Assembly: GCF_902459465.1 (NCBI RefSeq) | Contig: NC_047074.1 | Span: 13,330,001 to 13,394,000, forward strand | Origin: Asterias rubens | Taxonomy: Eukaryota | DNA: 64,000 bases | Direction: 5' to 3' | Shown here: in pieces, positions 1 to 13,139 of the stretch | Numbering within the stretch: position 1 is the stretch's first letter | How the letters are laid out: the number at the start of each line of letters is the position of its first letter | Program-made: the position numbers and the translations under genes | Notes under the pieces: model-generated | What the model was told of the DNA's origin: nothing | Databases searched by the model: none | The model's input: only the letters and a program-made list of their open reading frames with translations

Positions 1-1134
1 ACAAAGAGACTAACTTTCTTTTAAACACCGGCTATATTTAAGGGGAAAGTACCTCATCAAAGACCTTGATTACTCCCAGACTATTATGGACTCTTAGAAT
101 TTGTATGGAATTATCTTTTCTTGACTAATAAGTTCTCAAAATTCATAAAATGTAATTCGTAACTTGTTTAAACTTCATCTTGGTGATGATTTGTTGTTTC
201 TTTTTACTTTTGGTACAATTTTTTGTAAAGGTTATTTTGAACTTTGACAAATCATGTAGTTCAGACTACTGAAGAGAAAGATATTAAAAAAAAACCATTT
301 TGTTCATTTTGATTAAGTTCAATATGATAATGTGACGGTCATAAAAATTATACCCCCACTGTTATTTTTATTGCACTTACTTATTATGTAACATTTAATT
401 ATTCAAGAGAAGCGCCCTCTCTTGGACAGCATTCCAATTTCGCGCGCTTCCGCCACCCTTATAATGATTCCAACGAAGACCTGACAACAAGTATTTTGTC
501 TTCGTCTGTTTCAGGTAATAATCTGTTGGTTTATTTTCATACATTTTCCCTCTAAAATCATCATTCAATGTACACTATTGTAAACTGGTGTTTATCTTCA
601 ACCACTATTGATTCTATTTTTATTCATTTCGAGATTATTAGATATTTAATGGAATTGATTGATTGCCGGACTAAAGATTTGTCCCGGTTTAGTTTTCTGA
701 ATACAAGTTCATTATTTATTTGTTGAACTATACCCTTGTAGTTTATTTGACAAGAGTTGCTATTTATAAGTATTTGTTCTTTAAAACATTTCCGATCAGG
801 AGCATCGGCCAAGTTTTATTTGCATTTAAGTTGTTGTTTTCCATCGATAATCAAGATGGCGCATGATGTGAAAATCACATGTCATGATCTTGAGACATAC
901 CTGTTTACTTAAAGCCGTTTACGATTTCATTTAAAACTGTTTGTACCTAAATACTGTTCTGTGATTATTTGTTTTATAAGTTAATTAAGATAATGATTCC
1001 AGCGAAGACCTGACAACATGTATTTTGTCTTCGTCTGTTTCAGGAAATAAAATAGTGCACCGAGTGTAAAGAAAACAACTTGCCGTTAGCTTCTATCCTT
1101 ATACGACTCTCTTAAGTAATAGAGAGGGTCACAG

Positions 1135-1604
1135 TATAACATTTGTCCCGACTAAAGTCCTTCATAGTTTCTTCCTGATAAATTTCATGAAATCTTCGTC
1201 GCACACAACTCAACAAGCCAAGATGTCGCCGAAAATCTAAAAAATTGCTCTCACACGATTAGATCCCTGCTGAGTTTAAACAGAGTGGATATACAGCGCC
1301 ACCAATGGTCGAGGGTGACCAGGCGTTGTACGAGGAGCTACATCCGGGTCTTATGAATCCTGACTTTGCTCCTCTTATGCGAGAAGATCTTCAAGGTCTA
1401 CCGGAGGCGTACATCTTAAAGGCTCAATTTGATGTACTGCGAGATGAATGCATCATCTATGCTAAACGTCTTGAAGAGGCAGGTGTTAAAGTCACTTGGA
1501 AACACTACATGAATGGTTTCCACGGCATGTTTGGCCCACTCATCTCACCATCTGAGCTTGAGGCCAGCGAAGATTTCATGACATTTATCAGTAAGAATCT
1601 ATGA
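1135..1604 (+). pseudogene. Rearranged AADAC-like pseudogene fragment (3' part of the last exon fused to an inverted 3' end of another paralog)
   Basis: 1201-1604 matches the last exon of the intact copy (from 6425) but has in-frame stops: AAAATCTAA, and CACGATTAG where the intact copy has CACGATTAT. 1135-1200 read on the minus strand gives ...DEDFMKFIRKKL* plus 3' flank. No upstream exons are present. Confidence 0.85.
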
Positions 1605-3544
1605 AGGACTTTAATCGGGACAAATTTATATTATTATATTGAACTGACTTAAATTGAATTGAAATGGTTTATCAAAATGAACATCATTCACAGCCTGTAT
1701 ACTCAGTGAAATACGTACAAGAAAAACATTAAACTGCACCTAACAATCGGTAAAACGAAATACTACAAATCACCAAAACACCAAGAAGTTAAGAAACAGC
1801 TATTAAGAAAGAGTTATAAATCACATTTGAGAATTTGTAGCCAGTATTAGTCAACACGTGAAGAGTTGATCAAGATTGTTATAGTCCACAAACGTTGCTC
1901 TGGAAGAAATCATGATTTTTGATTTTATTTTCCCGTAAAATAATGATATGTGTTTAAAAGAAAGTTTCTCCCGTAAAAATGAAAACAAGTGAAAACCACT
2001 CGTTTTATCCGCTAGTGACCACTCTTGCAAAGAACCATATGGCGGATGGCAGACAACTCTATAGTGTGACAGACGGGGAAAGTTCAATTCGATTTAGAGT
2101 GAAGTTCGTTCCAATTTTCACACTTTCAACAGAGTGAAACTGACACCACTCGGACATGAGAGTGACATTTTCACCAGTAGTTGTCAGCTGGGACAAAACT
2201 CATCAAAACAGCCAGAGATTCTAATAAGACTAGAAGTTACAAACGCATGTATGAAAATCTGTTCAAATCCTGCCCCTTACAAGATTTAAATAAATTGGAT
2301 GGAGGAATTTATTGGAAAAAAAGATTTACTATATCCGTTTGTTGTCTGAAGTAAAGTTTGTAGGGTTCGTATCGATACCAATGCATTCTGGGGCAAAAAG
2401 GAAATGGCGCGTCGATCATACAGCAGTGGGGAACGAGGTATCTGTCTGTCGTTAACAAAATCACGCCCAGAAAAAAAACACTCCCGAAAATATTCCAAAC
2501 CGTTCCAAGTTTTAATACCTAAATAGTATCGAAACTCCTCAAAAGTTGAAGCACATAAATGGCAAATACTTTTAGGCTCACTGATTCCACCTTGCATGGT
2601 GCCAAAAAGTTCACGCACGATGTTTCAAAATGTTGCTCATGATGTGAGATCCCTAAAACCGTCGCGTTTTGCCCTTTTGGTTTGACTGCGTGGTTTTTCA
2701 TTGCTCCAATTCACCTTTTTTCACTGTCTATACAGAAGAGGGACGTGGCTACAACCTATTAAAAAAAAATGTTTTTGACATGTACAGTGTACATGCACAC
2801 CATTTCAGGCTGCTTGCATTGTACATGCGCACCGTTGCAGGCTGTACATACTACAGTATGTACATGATGCGCACTGTTAGGTTTGTATTGTACTCAACTA
2901 CCTTGACCCGCAAAACAAAATACCCCAACTGTTTACATTTAATACCGTGCTGTGAATGATTGTACTAATCCTGCTGTTGTGTGAAAAGTATGACCCTCGA
3001 TTATTTCCCGCAAACACAAAATCATTGCCTCCTGAAAGGGTGACCAAAATTCGCCTGTTGCTCTATTTGCTGAATCCGATTACTTCAGCTGAATACAAGG
3101 TAAGTTGATTGATTCATTCCCATTATTTGTGACTACACCCGGAACTACAACAATTGGAGTTGTTCAAGAAGAAGGATCTGTAGTGACCTAAATCGCCAAT
3201 ACACATTTAGTGTTTTTTTTTGTTATTGTTGTTGCATTTGGCACGCCATACAGCTACATGTACTGCACTTTGACTTCACTGTGCAAAGAGTTACATGTAC
3301 TGTACACAATTAATTGTGAACACTTTTGAATTCTGTGGATTGGAATTGGTGTTCATCGTACCGTGCTACGGTCGGCGTTTTAACCTGTAGTGTAGCACTC
3401 CAGTCTTCAGGACCTCGACTTTTCTCCGTCCCGGTGTGCAGATATTAAGTGGTGAGTTATTAGACATCCTTCTAAAGTAGTTTTGACTGATTACTACAGA
3501 CCCATGAGTCTACCAATATAGTGCATGCATGGTGCATGTAACGA

Positions 3545-3676
3545 GGAAAAGTTTCCGTATGGCGCCACCACTTTTTCATTCGCAATAAAATAATATAGTA
3601 TCTAATTTACCTGATTGATAAATCCCTTTTTGTAAAAATGAGTGAAAAAATGGTGGCGCCATACGGAAAGTTATCC
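3545..3676. mobile_element. Short MITE with GGAAAAGTTTCCGTATGGCGCCACCA terminal inverted repeats
   Basis: ~26-bp imperfect TIRs; a second copy lies at 52911-53099 with its right half duplicated. Confidence 0.7.
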
Positions 3677-4384
3677 CATATTGTTTGTACCCTTTGTGTT
3701 TTTAGGGCCTAGGACAGAAATATATATTGTCGATTTTGATTTCTTATAATAATATACGTCAGCAATTCTCTGGTGCGACTCCTGTTCTGAACATAACAAC
3801 CACCATCAGAAACAATAATAAAATTCGATCGCGTAATAATTGAAGCGGGCCTCGGTTTGTATAACTATGACCTTTTATGTGCATAAACAGGCCTGTGTAA
3901 AATTGTGTTTTGTTATCGGTAATGTAATTGATTAGTTTTCGTCTGAAGGCTTACTCTTGTAAAAAGAATCGTTTTGCGTTTCAGCTTTTCACTTAGATTG
4001 TAATTCTCCTGCTTCAATTCCTGAAGATGAGCAGAGTGTACTGTTTGAAACGTCGAGACCAAACCGGCTCTTTTTAGAGCCAACAAATCCTCAAAATATA
4101 TACTATACATGGTTGTACGTACCCGCAAGTTTATTGTAATAGTATTTATTAACTTATTTTTCACACCATGTAAAGTTTCAAACACCATTTTCGAACCTAA
4201 TCTGCTGATCATAACGTACACCTGGAACTCGAGTCTCGTGCTCTTAACGGCTTTGCCACGACACGTGTCAACATTTTCATAAAATGTTCACATCATTCGA
4301 GGATTGTCCAGCCTGTTATTGTTGTTAACACCTAGGGCTATAACGTTTTTCTTTTGCTATTTCAGGTAAACTAGTGCAGCCGCC

Positions 4385-6839
4385 ATGATACTAAATATTT
4401 TACTCTTGTCTGTGCTTGTGTCTGCACTGGCGGTGATTGTGTACGTCGTCCTACTACCTGTACCAGAGGGACTAGAAAACCCATGGAAACTCAAGATGTT
4501 AACAGTCACTATGAAAGTGGTGAGTATTGCCATAACTCTACAAAATATCAGACCCCTTGCACATGACGTCACACTGTGAAACAGCGCCCTCACTGAGGCA
4601 AAAAGAGGCAGATCATTGGACGACCAGCCTTGGTGCGTATACAAAGAATGTGCACATGACCTCAAAACAGCCGCGCTGCGCTTAAAGGGTTCCATGCTTA
4701 ATTTGGGTCTCCACACCTTATTTATTGTCTATGAAACAATGGCAGACTTGCAAGATGTCTCTGAAGGTGTTTCGTGTACATGATAGCACTTATAAAACTC
4801 TTAGCAAACTTTGAAGAACAACAAAAAAACGCGTATACTGTGACCCGCTTTCAAATAAAACAAAATTTAACTGGTCATCAAATTATTTCTTTTCAGATGT
4901 TTTTTCTTGGGGACTATTTTCCGTCGACAATGGCGAAATATCTCGACGAGCGTTCCCGGCCTGGCATGCGTGAGAAGGGTCCAAACGTTCCCTACACAGA
5001 CACCATGTTTGATGGGGTACTCGTGCGGGTATTTGACGATCAAAAGACCGGGGAGATTTCCACCAAGCGCCCGGCGATCGTTTTTTATCATGGTGGTGGC
5101 TGGCGATTCGGCCACATCGGTGAGTATTTCGCTGCGGCTGTAGATTTGAAATTAATAATCACTTTGATAATAATTATTCATGAAAGCAAAGTGATACTTT
5201 TGGGGACTCTTGGAGGCAGCAGACTTCGATTCAATTCAAGACCCCCGCAAAGATAAGTCACTCTGATGTAAAAGAAAAATAAATGTTTTTATTTTGTTAG
5301 AGCTTTAAAAATTTTGTTTGAAATTTGTTTAAATTTTTATTTGTTATCTTTAGACATGCATCACGCAATACTCTCCGTGTTTGCGAGAACTTTGGGTGTT
5401 GTTATCATCAATGTTGAGTAAGTACAGTTTACTGCACAGCTTTACACCAAACCTTTGAAAATATTTTCAAAAATGTTTATAATTATACAAAATATTAGTA
5501 ATTTTTTCAGAAAGTAAAAACAGATAAGTTTTAAGTTGTGAACAATAACGTTCAAAAGTCAATCAAACCAGCATTTTGTTATTTTTTTTTCTAAGAACCA
5601 AGATCACCATATTTGGTTAGAAGTATACCACTATACAGAGTATTGCAACTGTCTTGATAATTTCATTGATAATCTATAACTTATACCCCCCAATCCAGTA
5701 GACTTGTAGAAAGGTCGTTAATTGTCTATCGCGGTGAGACACTCGAGTCGTGGTGGTGGCGTAATATAATTATCAGGTTTCCGCGATCGAACACTGCTCT
5801 CGCGAGACCATTGCTCTCCCGCAAAGCTGCTGTCTGCCTTTTAACAGGGGCCGATGCATCCTCGCAATACAGCCAGTGTCGCGGGAATCGCGGAGATTCG
5901 GGACGCAGTCACCGCGACAGACATCTACCGACCCAGCTGCATCTTGACCATCGGAGCAATGCCGTTGTTCCTCGTTGAAAATCTGTCCCATGAAATACTA
6001 AATCCGGCATGTATGAATAAAGAGACCTTTTCTTTAAATCTTTTAGATACCGTTTGGCCCCGAAGTACGTTTTCCCCGCTGCCATAGATGACTGTACAAC
6101 AGCTACAGTTGCTTTCTTACGTCGCCTTGAAGAGTTCACTGTCGACCCAGCTAGAGTTGCTATCATGGGTGACAGTGCTGGAGGAAACCTTGCTGCAGCT
6201 GTTGCTCAGAGGTTGACCTTTGATCCGAAGTATGAGGGGTTACCCAAGCTGAAATTGCAGGTGATGATCTACCCTGCTTTGCAGGCGTTTGACTTTCAGC
6301 TTCCGTCGTACCAGCAGAATGGCGGTTATTCCACTATAGTTCTGGACGGTTATATGATGGTTGCGTTCTGGGTAATCTACCTTAACAACAAACCACATCT
6401 TACAAGTGCAATGCTACAAAACAAGCACACAACTCAACAAGCCAAAATGTCGCCGAAAATCAAAAAGCTGCTCTCACACGATTATATCCCTGCTGAGTTT
6501 AAACAGAGTGGATATACAGCGCCACCAATGGTCGAGGGTGACCAGGCGTTGTACGAGGAGCTACATCCGGGTCTTATGAATCCTGACTTTGCTCCTCTTA
6601 TGCGAGAAGATCTTCAAGGTCTACCGGAGGCGTACATCTTAACGGCTCAGTTTGATGTACTGCGAGATGATGGCATCATCTATGCTAAACGTCTTGAAGA
6701 GGCAGGCGTTAAAGTCACTTGGAAACACTACAAGAAAGGCTTCCACGGCATGTGTGGTCACAAAGATAGCCCATTCACCTCACCAACTGGAGTTGAGGCC
6801 ACCGAAGATCTCATGGAATTTATTCGGAAAAATCTTTAA
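4385..6839 (+). CDS. AADAC-like: Arylacetamide deacetylase-like lipase/esterase (HSL family), copy 1, 404 aa
   Basis: join(4385..4519,4897..5119,5354..5417,6047..6839), all GT-AG with consistent phase, 1215 nt. N-terminal hydrophobic anchor, HGGG oxyanion motif, EYRLAP, GDSAGG nucleophile, DVLRDDG (Asp) and HGM (His). A probable non-coding first exon ends at the GTAAG donor at 3100. Confidence 0.92.
5699..5927. mobile_element. Intronic MITE with TAG..CTA termini and a degenerate 9-bp TSD
   Basis: Inverted TGTCT(A/G)TCGCGGTGA repeats; flanks CCAATCCAG / CCGACCCAG (7/9). Absent from the homologous intron of AADAC copy 2 (~11830-11850). Confidence 0.65.
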
Positions 6840-7040
6840 AGGACTACCGACCATAAGAGGGGGGATCAGATTTTGGGGGGGGTTGGAAAGATTATCACCC
6901 ACACACTTTGTGCAAAAAATTGTACACACACACATAGCTACCCAGTTCTAACTTCTAATAGATTGGGGCCATTTTTTTGTAGCAGGCTTCCAGATGGAGC
7001 CTTCACACAATGTGTATAATTCTTAGTGTTACTCCCTCAC

Positions 7041-7263
7041 TAGTCTTGGTGCAAGACGTTTCTCTTTTCACTTTCACGCACACCGCGGCCAATTCACCAA
7101 CCGCACCGACTCACCTGACTTAGTCCACTCACCGCCCCGGCCGGACGTTTCTCCGGGGCGGTGAGTGGACTAGTCAGGTGAGTCAGTGCGGGTGCGCGCG
7201 CTGTCGGTGAATTGGCCGCAGTGTGCCTAAAAGGGAAACGAGAAACGTCTTGCACCAAGACTA
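7041..7263. mobile_element. Palindromic MITE with TAG..CTA termini and a perfect 9-bp TSD (Academ- or Mutator-like non-autonomous element)
   Basis: 24-bp TIR TAGTCTTGGTGCAAGACGTTTCTC plus internal inverted arms; TSD CTCCCTCAC at 7032-7040 and 7264-7272; empty homologous site at ~12895-12925. Confidence 0.88.
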
Positions 7264-7599
7264 CTCCCTCACATAAGGGTTGTCATCTCATTTCATTACA
7301 AAGTTACAAACAAGTGACTTTAGTAAAAGTCCATCAACAAAGTATTACTAAGAGTTTATCATGATGTTTACCGCGGTAGTGCCTGACATAAAACTTGTGT
7401 TTAGAAAGTAGGTTTAGCCAACAGATGACGGTATAAACAAAGCAGATCTGATCTATAGAATGATTTGTACAAAAAAGAGTAAATATTTTTTACAGCAATA
7501 CATTTAACTGAAAAGTTGGTAGTAGTCGTAGCGTATGTATAGACAACTGAGTCATCCTGTCACTAAATTACCAGTCTTTCATAAAATCTTTGTAGTTAA

Positions 7600-7973
7600 A
7601 GGCCGTGAACACTATTGGTAATTGTCAAAGACAAGCCTCCACAGTTGGTGTATCTCAACATATGCATAAAATAATGAACCTGTGAAAATTTGAGCTCAAT
7701 CGGTCATCGAACTTGCGAGATATGAATGAACACCCTTGTCACACGAAGGTGTGTGCGTTTAGATGGTTGATTTCGAGACCTCAAGTTCTAAATCTGAGGT
7801 CTCGAAATCAAATTCGTGGAAAATTACTTCTTTCTCGAAAACTTACTGTGGCACTTCAGAGGGTGTCGTTTCTCACAATGTTTTATACCATCAACATCTC
7901 CCTATTACTCGTCACCAAGAAAGGTTTTATGCTAATAATTATTTTGAGTAATTACCAATAGTGTCCACTGCCT
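7600..7973 (+). mobile_element. TTAA-flanked non-autonomous DNA transposon, family A (Kolobok-like)
   Basis: TTAA|AG..GGACACTATTGGTAAT ... ATTACCAATAGTGTCCACTGCCT|TTAA. Other copies: 36502-36851, ~39972-40366, 47236-47614, ~51887-52266, 57828-58207, ~62306-62640, ~63863-64000; fragments at 8211-8370, 16690-17200 and 41740-42080. Confidence 0.85.
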
Positions 7974-9134
7974 TTAAAAGTCTTGATACGTTTTTTTTTT
8001 TTTTTTTTTTCTTTTTTAAATGTAACCAAAATATTATGCAATTAATAAATCTACAACCCGGCTCACTGCACTGTCCTTAGGTGACCTCAACCCTCCACTA
8101 TCCTCCACTCTTATGCCTTTTCACATCAACATGTTTAAGAGATTTTCTTTGGGTCTATACCGTCCTCAATCATCAGCAAACGATTTCGGGGAGAAACAAC
8201 GTCCGGACTTAAAAGACGCTGGACACTATTGGTAATTGTAAAGACCAGTATTCTCACTTGATGTATCTCAACATATGCAGGTCTTTTATTTTGTAAGACA
8301 CTGAACACTATTGGTAATTGTAAAGACCAGTCTTCTCACTTGATGTATCTCAACATATGCAGGTCTGTTATTTTGTAACTTTTAATGTATTTTTGTAACG
8401 AAGCCAACCCGATTTGGTTGCAAATAAAATGATGATCATTGTGACATAACAACCAAATTGAATGCTTAATGTAAAATATTCAATAATAATCAAATCAAAA
8501 GTTTTGAATTTTGTTTAAAAAAAACACCAGAAAAATTCCCAAACTTGATCCCACAACCATGCCAAGCCAACTCCTTAAGTTGAAGCACAAAAAAATAACC
8601 AAGGGTCAGGGCTAGTGCTATCTGCATGGCCCAAAAACGTTATAGCGCAGGGATGTCCCTGCCACCAATACTCACATGTGAGCCAACCAAACTCCAGAAA
8701 GGCACACAAATGAACACATTTTGAACAGTCGGGGTCAATCGTCTGGCTATGGCTTTTGTTGCGCTAGCCATAGCCATACAATTTGTTCGTTATGAATAGT
8801 ATATCACAATTTGGATACTTTCTCCACAGTTTGCACGTGCATTATGTGTACACACATGTTCATGCGACGATGCGCGTGTTCATGCACACCGTTGCATGCT
8901 ATAAAAGTGTACATGTACATGTACATGCGCACCGTTGCAGGCTGTACATGTATATACGTATTGTACTACGACCCGAACCACAAAAGAAGACCACCAAAAA
9001 AACGAACTGTATGCATTGTACCTATCAGTACTAGATGATTGAACCGATTATGTTTGACAAAAAAGTGTGACCCTTAATTTCTCGCATACACGAAATATCA
9101 TTGACTATCGAAGCCCGCCGACCTTACGCGACAC

Positions 9135-9607
9135 TAGACTTGATTCAAGTCCCGTTTTCGTGCTGAGAGGTCCCTCATAAGCATTATGTAGTCTTGGTTC
9201 CAAGACCATTGGTGGTGTTGCGCGGTCACACACAACCAACGTTCCGATTATGCACGGCAAAAACTGTACACGCTTGTAATGAACGAACGCTAGCGGGCGC
9301 TCTGTTTCTCTGATTTAGATCTCCCCAGCACATGGTGAGATCATAGAGCTATGGTGAGATCTAAATCAGAGAAACAGAGCGCCCGCTAGCGTTCGTTCAT
9401 TACAAGCGTGTACAGTTTTTGCCGTGCATAATCGGAACGTTGGTTGTGTGTGACCGCGCATGCAACACCAATGGTCTTGGAACCAAGACTAAAGCATATG
9501 CGCCATTAATTGAGGTCCCGAGAATTGAACAGATTGGGGGAATGCAGAGCATCACAAAACAATAGTTTGCTGGCGATAGCACGGGATTTGGGCTTGAGTC
9601 AAGTCTA
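9135..9607. mobile_element. Outer TAG..CTA element containing a nested MITE
   Basis: Ends TAGACTTGATTCAAGTCCC / GGGCTTGAGTCAAGTCTA; flanks ACGCGACAC / GCGCGACAA (7/9). Confidence 0.7.
9189..9491. mobile_element. Inner near-perfect ~300-bp palindromic MITE with TAG..CTA termini
   Basis: Long inverted arms starting TAGTCTTGGTTCCAAGACCATTGGTG; flanks AAGCATTATG / AAGCATATG. A lone left end with the same 19-mer is at 38006. Confidence 0.88.
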
Positions 9608-10508
9608 GCGCGACAACGGCTCTAGCTAAAGGCCTACACACACTACTCCATTGCTGAATCCGATTTAATACTTGCTCAAAATACAAGGTAAGATATACGC
9701 TATAGCTATAGATCTATCGCCTACCATCTTTTTGAGTATTTTTTTCTGAAGGCTACGACAGACTGATCATTGTCAATTTTATGTTTTACCTATGTAAGAT
9801 AATTTCCTGATTGGTACACAGTATTCCCTGATGTATTCGAGTGCTGTACTATCACTAAAGCACGACAACAATAGTGACAATCCGATCGCCCGTAATAATA
9901 AACATGAATAATAATATTAATTTGTATAAACCTTGACCTTGTGCATAAACAGGCCTTCGTAAAATTGTGTTTTGTTGTCGGTAATGTGAATTGATTAGTT
10001 TTAGTCTGTATACTCAGACTTTTTAATACTCTGTGTATCTATGGGACTAATAAAATAATTTTTGTTTGCAAGTGCAATTATTTATCAGAATTGAGCTCAT
10101 GGTACTGTATCGTGTGTTTTGTGTTTAGAATCCTTTGTATTCTGTCTGGTATTTCTTAGGGGGAAAAAACACATTTTTATGAGCGCCATCCTCCACGATA
10201 AATATGTTCATCTGAAAACAGCGTTTTGAAAGGCAAGACAAGGCAATTGAAGTGTATCGCAGGTACATCGCTGAAGGATATGACCGGGACTCGAACCGAA
10301 GCTGATCAGAATTAACAGCAGAAGAGCTTGAGTCGAGTCTGGTGTTCATTATAACCGCTTTCGCCACAATTCACGTGTCAACACTTTCAGCAACAAGTTT
10401 AAAACACATACTCCAGAATACTTGTTCAGGCTCTTATTGTTTTGAACACTAAAGCTATACTGGGTTTTTTTCTCGGTTTTTTTCCCCAGGTAAATTAGTG
10501 CAGCCGCC

Positions 10509-12723
10509 ATGATCAAACAGATTTTACTGGTGTCTGCACTGGCAGTGGTGGCGTACATCGTCCTACTACCCGTACCACAGGAAATAGAAAAACCATGGAC
10601 ACTGAAGATGATAACACTGGTTATGAAAGTGGTGAGTCTCAACTCAATGGAGGAACCCTCCTCCATGCTCAACTCTAACAACAACTTAACCCTTGCACAT
10701 GACGTCATGAGTTTGAAACAGCGCGCGACCTCTCTAGGCTCACTGGGGAAACAAGAGGCATGACCTGAACATCTGACGTCACATCGTGTATTTTGAAGAT
10801 TGCAAAACTTACACGATTTGAAGATGATAGTAGCTAGAAAGTCATCCCATGAGGCGCCAATTGTTTTAGCATGCCCAACGTAATTACCAGTGTATTTACC
10901 AACTTTTCTATTAAAAAACATAGATTTTTACTTTTTTTCCTCGTAAATTGACAACAAATGAAGCTGAAACTTCTACATGTGAAATAACATACGTTATTAC
11001 ATACATGTTCATTCACAGCGAGTAGGGATTCATGTCATGGCAAAATAACTTCAAAAATAACAAAATTTACGTATCAATACCTCTTAAAATAAAACAAAAC
11101 GTAATTTAATGGTCATAAAAATATTTCTTTGTAGATGTTTTTCATTGGGAACTCCTTCCCGTCGACAATGAAGAAACTCGACGAGCGTTTTCGACCTGGA
11201 ATGCGTGAGAAGGGTCCAAACGTTCCCTACACAGACACCGAGTTTGACGGGGTACTCGTTCGAGTATTTGATGATCAAAAGACTGGGGAGATTTCCACCA
11301 AGCGCCCGGCGATCGTTTTCTACCACGGTGGTGGCTGGCGACTCGGCCACATCGGTGAGTATTTCGCTGCGGCTGTAGATTTGAAATTAATAATCACTTT
11401 GATAATAATTATTCATGAATTTCTTTTGAAATTGTTCTAAAATGTTTTATTTGTTAACTTTAGACATGCAACACGGGTTGCTCTCGGAGTACGCGAGAAC
11501 TTTGGGTGTTGTGATCGTCTCTGTCGAGTAAGTACAGTTAAAACTGCACAAACTTTCACAAAAAACTTTGAAATAATCGTCCAAAATGTTGTATTTTCAA
11601 AATTGAATATAATATCACTTATTTTATGCATTAACTGAAAGAGAAGAGTTGAAACAGACAAGTTTGAAGTTGTCAACAATATAGTTTGAAAATCAATAAA
11701 ACCTGCATTTTGTGAGGTTTTTTTTTCAACAAAAACAAAGAACACCGTATTTGGCTAGAAGTAGGCCTACATCAGCACTGAGCATTGCAACTGTCGTGGT
11801 AATTTGACTGATAAACTATGACTGAACCCCTCTCCCCATTGTAGCTGCACCTTTACCATTGGGGCAATGATGTTCATCGTTGAAAATCTCCTGAGCAACA
11901 TAATGAAACATTTTTCTTTAAATCTTTTAGATACCGCTTGGCCCCAAAGTACATTTTCCCTGCTGCCATAGATGACTGTACAACAGCTACAGTTGCTTTC
12001 TTACGTCGCCTTGAAGAGTTCACTGTCGATCCAGCTAGAGTTGCTGTCATGGGTGACAGTGCTGGAGGAAACCTTGCTGCAGCTGTCGCTCAAAGGTTGA
12101 CCTTTGACCCTAAGTATGAGGGGTTACCCAAGCTGAAACTGCAGGTATTGATTTACCCTGCCTTGCAGGCGTTTGATTTGCAGCTTCCATCGAGCCAGCA
12201 GAATGGCGACTACTCCACTTTAGTTCTGGACCGTTTGACGACAGTAGAATTCATGGCGATCTACCTCAACAACAAACCGCATCTTAAAACTGCAATATCG
12301 CAAAACAAGCACACAACTCGACAAGCGAAGATGTCACCTAAGATACAAAAGTTGCTCTCACACGATTATATCCCTGATGAGTTCAAACAGAGTGGCTATA
12401 CAGCACCACCAGCAGTCGATGGCGACCATGAGTTGTACGAGGAGCTACATCCGGTTCTTATGAATCCAGACTTTGCTCCTCTTATGCGAGAAGATCTTCA
12501 AGGTCTACCGGAGGCGTACATCTTAACGGCTCAGTTTGATGTATTGCGAGATGATGGCATCATCTATGCTAAACGTCTTGAAGAGGCAGGCGTTAAAGTC
12601 ACATGGAAAAACTACAAGAATGGCTTCCATGGCATGTTTGGACAACAAGACACTCCACTCAACTCACCATCTGGGATTGTGGCCGACGAAGATTTCATGA
12701 AATTTATCAGGGAAAATCTGTAA
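10509..12723 (+). CDS. AADAC-like: Arylacetamide deacetylase-like lipase/esterase, copy 2, 399 aa
   Basis: join(10509..10631,11135..11354,11464..11527,11931..12723), 1200 nt, same intron phases as copy 1, intact HGGG, GDSAGG, Asp and His motifs. A probable non-coding first exon ends at the donor at 9688. Confidence 0.92.
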
Positions 12724-13139
12724 TGGACTTAAAGGACTAACGTCTGCCAAAGAGGGGGTTCAGGTCCCGGGTAGACTTGTGGGTAACTCTTTAATGGTCT
12801 TACTGTGCTAGGTTCTCCCCCACTGCCAAATAAAAAAATGTTGGTATACCGGGGAGCCAATGAAAGTGGAGCCTTCACACATTGTGTAATTACTGGTGTT
12901 ATACCCCCTCAAATAAAGGTTGTAATCTTTTTTAAGTAAAAAGACTGAATTAGTGAAAGTCCAGCTAAAATACTAAGATCTCACAAAGCTGTCAGAGTTA
13001 TCATGATATTTAATGCAGTAGTGTCATAATTAAAACACGTGTTTAGAAAGTAGGTTTTTTAGCCAGCAGGTGACAGCAGGTTGTAACAAAGCATCATGTC
13101 TGATCTATAGAATGATGTACAAAGTAAATAAATTTTAAA

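Noticed and set aside
461-1050. ~60-bp direct repeat (461-520 vs 990-1050)
   Set aside because: Real but short, with no TIR, TSD or coding signal, so it cannot be interpreted.
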